From the human T2T-CHM13v2.0 reference genome, Homo sapiens, in the NCBI RefSeq assembly GCF_009914755.1, contig NC_060948.1: a DNA stretch of 64,000 bases; one strand, 5' to 3'. Made by a program: the position numbers and the translations under genes. The notes below the pieces were generated by a model. That model did no database searches, was not told the origin of the DNA, and was given only the letters and a program-made list of their open reading frames with translations. Positions 25,437 through 38,271 of the stretch are shown here, piece by piece. The number at the start of each line of letters is the position of its first letter. The first letter of the stretch is position 1.

Positions 25437-25743
25437 ATTTTTTATTTTATTTTATTTTTATTTCTTAGACAGAGTCTCGCTCTGGTGCCAAGTCTGGAGT
25501 GCAGTGGTGTGATCTCTTCACTGCAAACCCTGTCCCCAGGGTTCAGTGGACTCTCCTGCATCAGCCTCCCAAGTAGCTGGGATTGTATCCATGGGCCACC
25601 ACACCCAGCTAGCTTTGGTATGATATTAGACATGGGATTTTGCTGTGTTGGCCAAGCTTGTCTCAAACTCCTGAGATCAAGAGATCACTCACCTTGGCCT
25701 GCCAAACTGCTAGGAGTGCAGGTGTGAGCCTCCATGCCCTGCC
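25437..25743 (-). mobile_element. Alu SINE
   Basis: Antisense Alu; flanks TCATCTCTCTT / TCATATCTCTT. Confidence 0.88.
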
Positions 25744-28700
25744 TCATATCTCTTTTAAAGCTCAGTTGATTAGCAATATTGTCTTCCTGGAATGCTTTAT
25801 GTTTACAAAACAGCTATAGCACTATTATTTAGCCTCTTTGGATAAAGTATGGTAACACACACAACATATGTACATATGCACAGACACAGTCAGTGATCAA
25901 AAAAATCATTGTAGGCCAGGACCTAAAATGAAAGATGAGTTGCTGCAGTTGGCTAGTATTAAAGCAGACCAGATTTGACCCGTACCCAGCCAAGAGATGT
26001 GAACAGAGGCTTTCAAAAAACTCCATCATATACATGTTAGATTATTCTCCAGCCATATAGCAAGGGGACATTAAAGATCTGTTTGTGTTTAGAAGAGCCT
26101 GGATGGTTTGACTTTTCCAGGGTATTAGCATTCGTGACATTGGCCTTTAAAGCTCTCTGCAATTACTCAAATCAGTAGACAACTCAGTTTTTCTAGGAGT
26201 CTAAAGTGCTTTTCAAAATTATCTAAAACTTAATGGCTTAAAACAATAATTATAATTTACTAACTTCAGTCTTTGCAAACTTCCAGTCCCTCAGCCAAGT
26301 GATTGTGGTTCAGGGGCACTCAGAAGGATGCAATCTAGTGATGGCTGAGGACTGGGACATTGTTAGGTATCTTCTCATCTCCCTGGTGCCATGGCTAGCA
26401 TGACTCAAATAGCGGGGGCTGTACTGCTGAGATCCTTGGGCATCTCCTTCTATTTCTATGAGTCTCTCCATGGGATGTCCCTTCTGCATAGTGTTATTAG
26501 GGTGTTCGACTTCATGATGTACTGGTCCAGGGCTCCTGGGGGGTTTGTCCTCATGAAAGCAGGAGACTTAGGCAGAGCTGTGTCACCTTTTCTAACCTAG
26601 GCCAGGGGTGGCCCAGTATCCAGAAAATGCTTGCACTGTTTTCTATTCATTAGAAGCAAGTACTGTGTTCAGTCCCATCAGGAATATTTTCAAATGGGTT
26701 TGCAAAGAATTTCAGTGTTTTAGACCACTACAGTGGCCATGACTAATAATTACTTATTTTTATAAGTGCTGGATGGGTTTTACCCAACATAATAGCAGAT
26801 ACAGACTTTTAAGCTTAAAACCTAAATGTCATAGCTCCGAACATTTGGTTATATGTTGAAATAACTCTCAAGGAAAAATTGATTTAGAAATGAGAACTAT
26901 AAATAAATAAATGAGATAAACTCATAAATATCTGGATGAAATGCTTACAAAGAGGTCAGCCTGAAAAATGTCATGAAGTCTAATGTGCCACTATTTTACT
27001 ATTTCTATGGATATTATTTGGACAGGAGGACAAGGACTCAGGGGTCTGCTGGTCAGTCTCTGCACCTTGAAACAGCGGCTGGGGAACCAGGAGTAACACT
27101 TCCAGCCAACACCATGTGGTGAGGATGAGGAGTCCACCCAGGTTAAGGAGGATGTCAGCCAAATGTGACCTGAAGGAGAGTACACCTGGTATGACCAGGA
27201 TCAAGGTCTCTGGCACACATTGAAATCCCCCATGCCCAGCTGTGGCAGAGTGAATCACTCAGCTGGTGCTGGGTTTCCAGGTGTGTTCAGGAAGCAGCTC
27301 CCTGGGCTGGGAAGGATCCCCTCATTCCCTTGCCATGTGGGAGGGTGAGGCTTGTGGCCCCTGCTCTGTCTGTTCCCGCTCTTTACCTTCCCATTATCCC
27401 ACAGCTGGGTAAGGTGGCAGGACCCTGGAATGTAGAAGGGCCCTGGGTTGTTGACAGTGTCTGCGGGTGGCCATGTACTAGGAGGAGAGTCCTCACTGAG
27501 CCTCCCGTGAGCTTGGAGGCAGAGAAGGAACAGTCATGGGGCACTGGCTGTTCCAGAGTCCAGGGGCCTGTCCCAGAGAAGGCCAGGGGGACATTGTAAG
27601 CCTGTGGATCTGCAATCTAGGTGGAAGAGCTGTATCTGCCATGGCTGACATCATCAGGACAAGACACCCACTGGGTGGAGAGCTGGGCTTATGCATTTTA
27701 TCCCTGTCCTGAAGAGACTCTGCATGCCTGGCTCTCCTGGGAACAGTGATCCTGCGGACCCCTCTCTAGGACCACTCATGACCATAAGCTTAGGATCTTG
27801 TGTGCCTTGCTTCCAATCCACCCAGGTGACACATCCTGGAGAGGATATGTGAGGTGAAGCTCATGTGCGCACATGCTGCACTGGAACGGGGTGTCACCAG
27901 CCAGTTAGGCCACTGCTCACCAGGCCCTCTCCTGAGCTCCCACCTGGCTAAATGATAAGTGTCCCATCTACATGACCCCGCAGCCCAGGTTTCTCCTCCA
28001 CTTACCGACCCGCACCCTCCTGGGGAGAATGCCAGCCTCCTTGAGACTCAGGCCCTGCCGGACCCACATGCTGTCCTCTCTCATGGGCTGGACATGCTCT
28101 GGTGCATAGGGATTCCTGAATAGCAAATCCCAAAGCTCCACGGGTTCAATTGCTTCTTCTCTGAATACCTGCCTTCCCCGACCAAACACACAGGAAGACA
28201 CATACAGCTGCTAGGTTTTATTTCCCTCCAGGTGTCATTTCAGGTCCATGACATCTCCTCTAGGTAGCTTGCATCTGCCACCCATTTCCTCCTACCTCTG
28301 CCATTTGTGAAAACTATGAGGACTCTTCCCATCTCCCAAGAGTTCAGACTTCATGGGTCCTGAAGTTGGATTGCCAAACCTGGCAGTGCCCTGCTTGCCA
28401 GCTCAAGAGCTGAGTTTGAGGCACACCTCTGGCAGGAGTGTGGGCCCCCCTAAACCAAGGTACACAGTGGTACACAGCCACAGGTGTGCACACACAGGCA
28501 CAGCTCAGACACGCAGGCTGGAACATCTCCACACTCACACTGGTACGATTGAAACTGGCTGTCTACACCAATACTAAAGTGGACCTTAATGCTCAGCCAC
28601 ATTCCTTCACTACACACACACAGAAGGTCCCCTGTCATTTAATTGATCATCTATAAAGGGATTTATTTTTACTTTTATACTTTTTTAACTTACCAAAGTA

Positions 28701-28839
28701 TGTTGCATTCTTTCCCCCATCATGAAAAAGACTTTGATACAAGTAAGGAGGAAGAGCACTTTTTATAATAAAATGCTGTATCTGCATCTATATTAAGGCA
28801 TTTTACAAACTTTATGTCTATTTTTTAATGTCACAGGAG

Positions 28840-31592
28840 ATGTCTCAGGGGCCGGGGAAGCATGAGTGAGGATGGCAGAGGGGAGAAAGCATGTCAGGGG
28901 AGGCTGGGGTCATTGAAACAAAACATGACACGACTGGGATAGCCATTCTAGAAGTATGTAGACCTAGGCGTGCCTCATGTGCACCTCTCTGTGGAGGGTA
29001 AAAGGGCCCTAGTGGAGGCCAAACTGAGCCCCAGGTGGTAGCAGGTATCAAGGCGCTGAAGGGAGCCAGGGAAGGATCATGTGGCCACTATCCATTGAGA
29101 TTGCTTCTCACCCATTGACCTTCGCCACTTCTGCCTCTTAGGTGGCTTCGGGTGCCCCAGTTCTGAAATATGAGTGTTACATTTCCCTGATGGGTTCTTC
29201 TCCCCCAGCCCAGGGATGGCCTGGGATTTCTCAGGGCAGGCTCCTCCCTGAGCTTTGAGTTCTCCATGTGTGTCCCAGCTCCAGGACCCACAGGGCTCTG
29301 AACCCCCTGCCCTGGGCTGCTTACCTGGCCTCCTCTCTGTTCCCTCTCTGAGGGCCTAACTCCTTCCAGTAGTGCTGCAGGGGATTGAGACAGAGGCCCT
29401 GAATGATAATTGGGGGGACTGGGGAATGGGGTCCATGACTGCTCAGGTCATGGTTCAAAGCCAGTTCCCCAGATGCCAAGGAAAGACCAGCAATGTCCTT
29501 TAATATGACACCCCTCAGCGGCACCCACCTCAGCAATCCTGACTGACTTTGAGTGATCACGGTCAGCCAACCAGCTGAAGAAGCTCAGTTAGGCTGTGTC
29601 CTGCCTGAAGCTGGGGGCTTCTGCTACATGACTCTAGAACCACTGGGCTACGTCATGCCAGACATCCTGTATCCTGGAGCAAGAGGAGTTGGGAAGGCTC
29701 ATGCCAGGCATAGCCTCCCACACTCCACCCCCGCTGCCATGCCAATAGGCACTCCTTACAGAGGATGCCAACCTGATACTCCTTAATGATCACTTCATTG
29801 CAGAAATAAAGGTTGTGACAAAAGGAAAACTTTGTCCTGCCGCCAGTACCCTGGATGGCTGTTTCTTCACCTGCCAGTCCAAGAAGAAGAGAACAGACTC
29901 AAAGGGATCATTTCATCTTGCTAGGCTGAGGGCCTGCTAGCTAGGATGAAGCATGCATTTCCCCTTCCCAGCTCTCCCACTGAGACACTCCTGGACCCCA
30001 GGAGGGCCTCAACCTGACCAGGACCCTCCATCCCTCCCCCAGACCCAGGTACCCCAGACTGATCTGCAAATCCATCATGTAGCTTACTTGGCAGGACTTC
30101 CTCATGGTTTCTGAACCCTGCCAATATCTGGGTGTGTGCACAATCTGCCTCTGTTCAAGGAGCCTCCAAATGATTGGATGGGTGTGCCAGGAAACATCCT
30201 GCAACTTTGCAAGAGCTGGGAGACTGTTGGGCAGGGCTATCCCCCAGACCTTTGACCTGGCACTCTGCATTGGTGGTCCTGTCTCTGTCCAGCGTGGGGG
30301 CACTGTAGCAGATGTGGTGGTCTTGTGGGCGGGTAGAGGGAGGCCCAGAAAGCTTCTGCCAACAAGGAGCGGGGGAGCACAAGTAGGCAAGGGATTGGGT
30401 ATGGGGTGCTGTGGTGTAAGGCAGCTGTTTCTTCAGATTTCCTGAGCTGAGCGGCACATAGGTGCTAGACAGGCTCTGCTGAGGGTGTCAAGGTGTGTGG
30501 TCCCCTCTTCTCCTGGTCTCCCTGAGGGGTGGGTGTGTCCACTTGAGGGAACTTGTGTGGGTAGAAGGGACTGCAAGGCTGTGCCTGTCACTCCTTATGG
30601 GGCTTGTGTGTGTGCAGTGGAGGAGTGTGTGCAACAGAGGTTATATGTGCTCAGGTCCTACAGCTCTTTGGGTGCAGCAGAGGCAGAGGAAAGAAAGCCT
30701 GTCTGGGTAGCTGGTGTTTGCCTTGCAGAGGACAGCAGCCCCCTGCATCGTGAACCTGAGTCTTGAGCAACTTGTGATTCTGGTGTGAGGCCTCTGGACA
30801 CACACACGGGGAGTAGGTGTCGTTCCATGGCTGGCATGGGCATGCAGACTCCCCTTCCTTCAAGGACTTTCCCAGGGAAACCTGCCCTTCAACTTGCTGC
30901 TATGCCTGAAGGGTCCTTGGCACCACTATTCTCTCTTGTGAGTGCTGAGCTTGGCTCCCAGTCCCTGTCACATGCTCTCAGGGTACCCACAAGCAAGCTG
31001 TCTTACTATCTGCTGGAGCCTAGCCTCAGCTCCCCTCGCTGTCCCCCATTCCCTGCCTCCTGGCTGACTCTGTGTGCCTCTGTCCTGGTTCCCGTGCTCC
31101 CCACCCCCAGAAGCCTGATGCCAACCCACTGCTGCCAATCATCCCAAATGGGCAGCTGCAAGGATATGCTCTGGCCCAGAAGCCAGAGATGCCCTGGCTG
31201 ATGGCACCTGTTCTGTCCAGGCTGGGCAGGCGCCTCTGCCAAAGCTTCTGCCTCAGCCTCAGGCAGGCCATGAGGCCTGGGCCATTCACAGAGCCCAGCT
31301 CTGAGTGAAGGACCTCCAGCGAGTCTGCTGCTGGCTGGCGAGTCCTGGGGCCAGGGCCAGGGCCAGGGCCAGGCTGTGTCCACCTGTCCTCTACCTGCAG
31401 CTCCATGTTGGCCTTCTCTTTGACCAACACCTGGACCACCGCCATGATGTCATCCATCACCAGCACCTTCTCCTCCCACGAGGGCACCTCCACACTCTGT
31501 GCCCTGGCTGGCCTCTCCTGCAGAGCCTCCAAATTCAACGGGGTGCCTCCTTTGGAGGTCCCACTGACTACGACCTGTACTTTCCCCTCCAC
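28840..31592 (-). pseudogene. TSPY: Unprocessed TSPY-family pseudogene, copy 2; 5'-truncated in or near exon 1
   Basis: ORF 31026-31592 LEALQE...VLVMDDIMAVVQV...PGPGP...LDRTGAISQGISGFWARA. Exon 2 30064-30144 (donor GT>AT), exon 3 29760-29870, exon 4 29529-29673, exon 5 ~29325-29410 (GLCLNPLQHY). Colinear with copy 1 across introns; 3' limit approximate. Confidence 0.9.
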
Positions 31593-31636
31593 ATCCAGAT
31601 ATGTGTATCCTTAAAATATACATAAAACAATAACTT

Positions 31637-32060
31637 AAAGGCATTCCCATTTCTCCACATCCTCTCCAACATCTGTTGTTTCCTGACTTTTTAATGGTCG
31701 CCATTCTAACTGGCATGAGATGGTATCTCATCGTGGTTGCAGGGCCATTGATGAAGCTGAAAACCATCATACTAAGCAAACTACCACAAGGGCAGAAAAC
31801 CAAACACCGCATGTTCTCTCTCATAAGTGGGAGTTGAACAATGAGAACACATGGACACAGGGCTGGGAACATCACACATCCGGCCCAGTTTGGGAGTGGG
31901 GGCCTGGGGGAGGGATAGCATTAGCAGAAATACCTAATGTAAATGATGAGTTGATGGGTGCAGCAAACCAACATGTGACATGTATCCCTATGTAGCAAAC
32001 ATGCACGTTCTGCACATGTGCCCTAGAACTTAAAGTATAATTAAAAAAGGAAAAAAAAAC
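31637..32060 (+). mobile_element. Short L1PA insertion with 5' inversion
   Basis: 31637-31738 is antisense ORF2 end; 31739-32060 is sense ORF2 end, 3' UTR and A tail. Confidence 0.88.
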
Positions 32061-33323
32061 TCAAAAGGAAAAATAGCTCTCCAAACCTAAATACTAAATA
32101 GAAAATTAGTATCAAGTGACCTAGAATGTAATTTACATGAAAATGTCACAAACATTCAGCAGATAGTTTCTAAATGCCAAAATAAGCCTGGCAGTCAGCA
32201 AGAAGCTAAGAACAACACGGTCCTTGCTCTTCTGAGTATGCAGTTGTTACAGGCACAGAGATAAATGAGGAATAATAAGTGCTGTAACTGCTTTAATAGG
32301 CAAATACAGGAAATATAACAAAATAAGGGCAACAATTTTGATAAACAAAACATTAATAAATGACAAAATGTTAAAAAAAAATGCATGATTTTAATAAACA
32401 TTGCCTTCTTCTTCCCACCAGAAGAAAACTCATGCCTCTGCTTTATTGGCTGACATGTTCCTAAGGAGATGTGACAGGTCTGATTTGTATTACTAAATCA
32501 CAATTGCCTCATTTATGAAACACATGTTTTAAATCCTTTTGAAGGTCAAATGAGAATATTTGCTGTTACTGGATAAACTGTCAAGTGCTAACCAAATATT
32601 ATTTTCTCACAGTGATTTATACCATGTGTATATTACATGGTTAGTGTAGCATTCTCATAAAGAAAACCTTGAAACATATCTGCTGCTCAGTTTTTATTTT
32701 TCAACTGTATCAGTCTTTATTATTTATCATATGTTTTCTAGCAGCTTTTGAATTTTAAAGAGATATGTATAGACCAAAAAAAGAAGGACAATGAAATTGT
32801 GAGACTACAGTAGTAATAATTTCATTGATAAATTTGTTTATAAAGCTAGATTAGATTCTATTTCTCCCAAAAGATTCTCAGAGAAATACTAAGCTGATGC
32901 ACCCACTGTTTGAAATGGTCTTAAAGTTGTTGCTTAAGTTAGAGTTAACTATTTTTAAAGCCTGAAGATACAGTAATAGTTTCATGCACCACAACAGGGA
33001 ATATAGGATTTTTAGTGCTACTTGCTCTCACCAGAAATAATCATAACTATTAAATTGTTCTTTATGTCACAGTAAATTTTTCATTTCTACCTCATGTTTT
33101 GGCATTTATTTTTAAATGCATTTTCACCCTTATTGTGCTTCTGTGAAAAACTGCGGATTTAAGTTCATATCATAATTATTTTTCATTGTTATTTGTCTGT
33201 TCCTAAAGCTTCACAGAAATAAAGAATTCCATTTATGCTTGTATCTTTCAGCAACCTCATTTCAGATAATGGTGCACATTACTGCAAGTATCACACGTAC
33301 AGGTCCAAAGTTGGGGGGCAGGG

Positions 33324-33500
33324 CAGGAGGAGGAGGATGAGATGGAAGAGGAGAAGGAGAAGGAGAAGAAGAAGGAGAAGAAGAAGGAGGAGGAGGAGGA
33401 GGAGGAAGAGGAAGAAAGAAGGAAGAAGGAAGGAAGGAAGGAAGGAAGAAGAAGAAGAAGAAGAAGAAGAAGAAGAACAAGAAGAAGAAAAAGAAGAAAA
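33324..33500. repeat. Compound purine microsatellite (GGA/GAA/GGAA)n
   Basis: Directly visible. Confidence 0.96.
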
Positions 33501-34483
33501 CAGCAAGCTTTTAAGTCTGTATATTTGTAACACTAGATCAGAAACTCAGTACTCATAGTGAAATCCAAAAATGATCACAGTCAATTCCATCTCATACCTA
33601 GACTGAAATAAGAACCTTCGAAAGAAAAGAAAGTTGAGAGCTTCAGGCTTGTCAAAATTTTCCTGTATAGGTAAAATTATTGGTGACTTTCTCTCACTAG
33701 AAAACATAAACAAAAATTCATGCTTCATATATTTGTAAATAGAATATATTTATTTCTATCAGTTATGACATGCAAGCAAGTAATAAAGTGAAAGTATAAT
33801 AATAAAATGATATAAGGAAATGTCTCTGTGTCAAAAAACTCTATTGAGGCTATTAATTTTATAAAAACCATAGAGAATATTTCATGAAACTACATTATAC
33901 AGTACATTTTACTATTTTACTGATATTTTAATACTCAATAAATTAAAGAAAATTCTTAATCATTATTTATTACCAATAACATTATTCTACTTGAGTAATC
34001 ATTTTGAGATTAAATATTTTAAATAAAACATTAAAAACAAATTGTGTTGACTGATATCAGCTTTCAATGAAATAATACTTCTGTATTTGTAGTCATGTGA
34101 AGTATAACTTTCTCCTCACAATGGTTCTTTTATAACACCAGTGGTATTTTTTTCTCTGATATACATCCTTTTTGATCTCACAGTTTTACTGTAACCATAC
34201 ATTACATGACTCCAGAGGGTAGCCTTCAAATAAATGGAAAAATTATATTTGTGACAAAATTCTAGGAAAGGGAATGGTAAAATGGGAGAATAATTTCTGA
34301 ATTTCTAACTGTTCATTAGTGGATTTGGATGTATTAAGATATAGACAAATATTTGCACCCTGCAAGTTTCCATATGTGTATATAAATTTAAATGAGGTAC
34401 CCATAATGTATGGGTTGTGTAATCTTTCAATTCATCCTTAATTTTCCATGTGGGAAATTTGATAAGAGTTTATCCTTATCAAA

Positions 34484-34533
34484 TACTCAATTTGAAGTAC
34501 TATACCCAATTTCAAGTACTACACTCAATTTGA
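34484..34533. repeat. 19-bp tandem repeat, ~2.6 copies
   Basis: TACTCAATTTGAAGTACTA / TACCCAATTTCAAGTACTA / CACTCAATTTGA. Confidence 0.8.
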
Positions 34534-35737
34534 TAAAATTTTGTTGGTAAAGCCAACAAAATCTGTGTCAACATTCATTTCAATTAATCCAATAATGTTA
34601 ACTGCTGATAGCTTCATTCTCCTTCATCCCTGTTGGCAGCCTGAAAGCTAATTCTTACTCTAATTCAGTGCTCAAGGTGCCATCCACAAGTGGCTGTCAT
34701 CTTGCTGTGGATTGTGACCTCTGACTCCACCACTTTCATCCTATAGTAGTCCTACTTTTGCATATTTAATAAACTTTGTACATGGTTAAATAATAAAAGT
34801 GCAGTGAAATGTCAGACCATGCTGTGAAATGTTCCATTGTTTCTATATCTGTAATTGACCTTTCATGTTGTGGAGGACAAGAAAAACAATTCAATATGTT
34901 TCTTAGTATCCAGTCCAATGCACCCTTTCTTATTAATGTGCCAAACCTGTACCTTCAAGGCACTGACATCCAAGCATGGCTAGATGTATCAAAATATCTT
35001 CTGATTAATCACCATTATGTTAATCACTGTTGCCCAGATCTGGACTCTGACTGTGAAATTGTAGGGTGGAAATTGCTATAATTGCTCAAACTATGGGAAT
35101 GACTATGTTTTGTCATAATTACTACTGTCACCTTACTGAAAAATACCACATTACATGGCAACTTTTAGTTACATAAATCCTGTTGATTAATTTTTAATGT
35201 CCAGCATTTATGATATTGCACAAGTAAAGATCTTTGATAACTTAAATGATTAGCTGAGCAATGATTAAAATAACTCACAGCAATTTAAACATTCATTTAC
35301 TTACTAGAAGTGCCATACGTCATTATCTCCAGATGAAAACAAAGTTGGGAAATTGCAAGGGCTGAACTGGTTACTAAAGTATGTATTTCAGGATATTTTA
35401 TAAAACTATCCATGCCATGTATGATGCCTCACCTGCAAGGATAAAGCTTTAGCATATATAAAAAATAAATGCTTTTGGTTCTTAATATCTCTCTACATTT
35501 GTCTTCATAACCACAACACAAAAACACCCATGTACTTGACTTTTGGCTGAGTTGACTATCAGTTACTAGGGTTTAAGTAAACAGAATAAAGATTTCAAAA
35601 TTTGGTGACCAAATATGAAAAATCGTATTCTCACCATAACATACAATTATTCTCAAATGCCACTGCAAATGCAAAATCAAAAGAAGAAATTAAATCTAAT
35701 ATATTGCAATATTCTAGAGTCTAAAATTTTTTCTTTG

Positions 35738-36033
35738 AGGTCTGGTGGTTCACGCCTGGAATCGCAGCTCTTTGGGAGGCTGAGAAGGGAGGATTGCTTC
35801 AAGCGCAGGGTTTAAGACCAGCCCAGGCAACATAGCAAGTCCTATCTCTACAAATGTAACTAATTAATTAATTAATTAAATTGGGCATGATGGCACACAT
35901 CTATCGTTCTATTTACTCAGCAGTTCAAGGTTGTAGTGATCTGTGATCACACACTACACTTCAGTCTGGCCCACAGAGCAAGACTTTGTCTCTACAAAAT
36001 AATACAATATAACGAAACAAAATAAAATAAAAA
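35738..36033 (+). mobile_element. AluJ-like SINE with a deletion in the right arm
   Basis: GGAGGATTGCTTCAAG; (TAAT)n linker; A-rich tail. Confidence 0.82.
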
Positions 36034-37193
36034 ACACATTCAGTTGTTTTTTGGAAGTTTGTGTAATTGCTCAAAATCACAGACATTGAAGTTGAGTGCT
36101 TCATGGGGGAATGGGCAGTGAACATTGTTTATATTGTTTTCCAAAAATTAGGATAATTGTTAGAATATTATATATAAATACCTCATAACCTTTTGTACAA
36201 TAAATATTGACAAATGTCAAGCAATTGTGTTTATAGGCTTTTCCTTCAAAATATTCATAGTTTAATTGGAGAATGAAGAGAAGAGCAATAATTGCAATGT
36301 ACTCTGAGAAGTGTTACAATAGATACAATTCAGTAACTTAGTTGGACAGGAAGGAAGTTCTTAACTAGGTTTTCAGGAGTTTGGAAAGCTTAGGTCAGGA
36401 ACAGTTGAAGCATCTGTAAGGATACAGATTTGCAAGAGAAATGTTTGGGAGATAAACACTGTAGAAAAAAAGAAACATTCTTTCTATCAATGATAGATGT
36501 GTACTAACAGTGCATATGATGCCATCTGCCCAATTCTTAGACCATACTAGCTCAATAAATATTTCTTGAATGAATCCATGAATGGAAGATATTGGGAAAA
36601 GGATGCTGGAAGGGATTTTCAAAATCATCTGAAGGAAAGGTAAACACCCTGGACTTTACAATTTTGCCTGCTTTTCTTTAAGTTCTTGTTATGTTTACTA
36701 CCTCATAAGCTCTGTTTTATTTTTTGGTCTTTTCACAAATATCATGTATGTATCGTTCCTGAAACTATTTCTCTCTTGATCCCTTGATACTATATTTATC
36801 TCTGATACTCCTTTGTGTGAGGTCCTGGGTTTTTATGCCAACAGCTACATCACTCACCTCTTCCTGGCACTATTCTATGATACAGTGGCCTGGCCCCTGA
36901 GAGGCATGGTTCCTGGGCTCTCATAAAAATTACTTCCTGTTTCAGCTCAATCAAGTGGTAACACTGCAGAGATTAGAGAACAAGAAGATGAGAGAAGCCA
37001 GTTTGTGTCACTTTCCTTCCAAGCAGGAGGTATGTTTCCACAGTGATTCCATGCCTGCAGGAATGCTCTCTGTGTTTCCATTTTCCATGTAGTGACCCTA
37101 AACCTAGACTGGCTCTTCTAATGCTATTTTCTGCAATTGTCTTCTCTGAAGGATTTGGGTACTATTTCGGAGTTTTAAATTTAAAAAAAATAT

Positions 37194-37968
37194 TGATATA
37201 GAATGGGGGCAGGGAAGTGTCTGGTAGAGGATGGGGTGGTTCTTGGCTAGGGGATCCACCCTCAGGCCTGTGCTCACTGACATATGTAAGGACATGCCTT
37301 TCTGTTTTCTTGCTCAAATTGGTGAGGGCATGCAGTTCTGTTTTTTTGCCCACCTGTTGCATTTTTCAAGACCACCCTGGCCTGCCATACCCGCATCCTA
37401 TGCTATCAGAAACCCCGAGACCCTAGTGGGCAGAGACAGAGTAGATGGACATCAAGAAGAACCATCAGCAGAAGAAGACACAGCAACTGGACGTCGAGAG
37501 GACACCGGAGGAAGGAGAGCACAAGGACAGAGGCGGCAGGCCATCCACCGCAGAAGAACACGGAGTTTTGTGGGGCTGTGGGAGGAGACCGCTGACCTGC
37601 CCCATTCCAAGGTAAAACCACCTTCCGGCTCCATCTCCCTTCTGGCTCCCCCATTCATCTGCTGACAGCTTTCACTCAATGAAACCTTGCACTTATTCTC
37701 CAAGCCCACATGTGAGCCAATTCTTCAGCTACAACAAAGCAGGAAACCCCCAGGACCCAGAAAGCCTTCTGTCTTTGCAGTAAGGAAGGGTGTAAAATTG
37801 AGCTAACACAAGCCGCCTACAGATTGATAAACTAAATTAACACCGTGTAACACATGCCCGCTGGGGATTCAGGAGCTGTAAACATTCACCCCTAGATGCT
37901 GCCTGGGGTAGGTGCCCCACAACCTGTCCTCATTGCTAGCTTCACAGAAGGGGATAAGGGACATTTCA
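37194..37968 (+). mobile_element. ERV1 solo LTR (LTR1/LTR27/LTR28/MER52-related group)
   Basis: TGATA...TTTCA termini with 4-bp TSD ATAT (37190-37193 and 37969-37972); GGCAGGGAAGTGTCTGGTAGAG...CCACCCTCAGGCCTGTG 5' motif. Confidence 0.8.
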
Positions 37969-38271
37969 ATATCAGTCTGTTTCCAATGCAGTGTGCTTTC
38001 TGCAATACTGCAGTGTTACCTCATTGGATATATTTGACAAAATAAGTTACAAACTATAATGTGAGAAAAAATAAATGATGGAGAATAAGGAAGGAAAATG
38101 AAACATTGTATCAGTAATGAGTGGTTTTTACTTCATATAACAGAAAAAGTAAACATGAACTAAATAAACACAGATTTCCAGTTTTCACATGTGAACCAGT
38201 CATAGTTAGGCAGTTGCTGCCTTTGATCAGTTGCTCTGCTGCATGGTAGTAGCAGAGCTGCATGGTAGTAG

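Noticed and set aside
28650-28850. TSPY copy 2 exon 6 and poly(A) site
   Set aside because: A minus-strand AATAAA exists near 28662, but I could not match the recalled TSPY1 last exon
31026-31592. 188-aa ORF as a functional TSPY gene
   Set aside because: Only exon 1 reading into the intron through a destroyed donor; downstream exons are frameshifted and the promoter is missing
33235-33558. Poly-Arg/Glu/Ser/Leu ORFs
   Set aside because: Translation of a purine microsatellite
34600-35100. Slightly higher-complexity segment that might be a processed pseudogene
   Set aside because: The minus-strand frames I translated contain stops and neither they nor the 90-aa plus ORF match a protein I recognise; needs BLASTX
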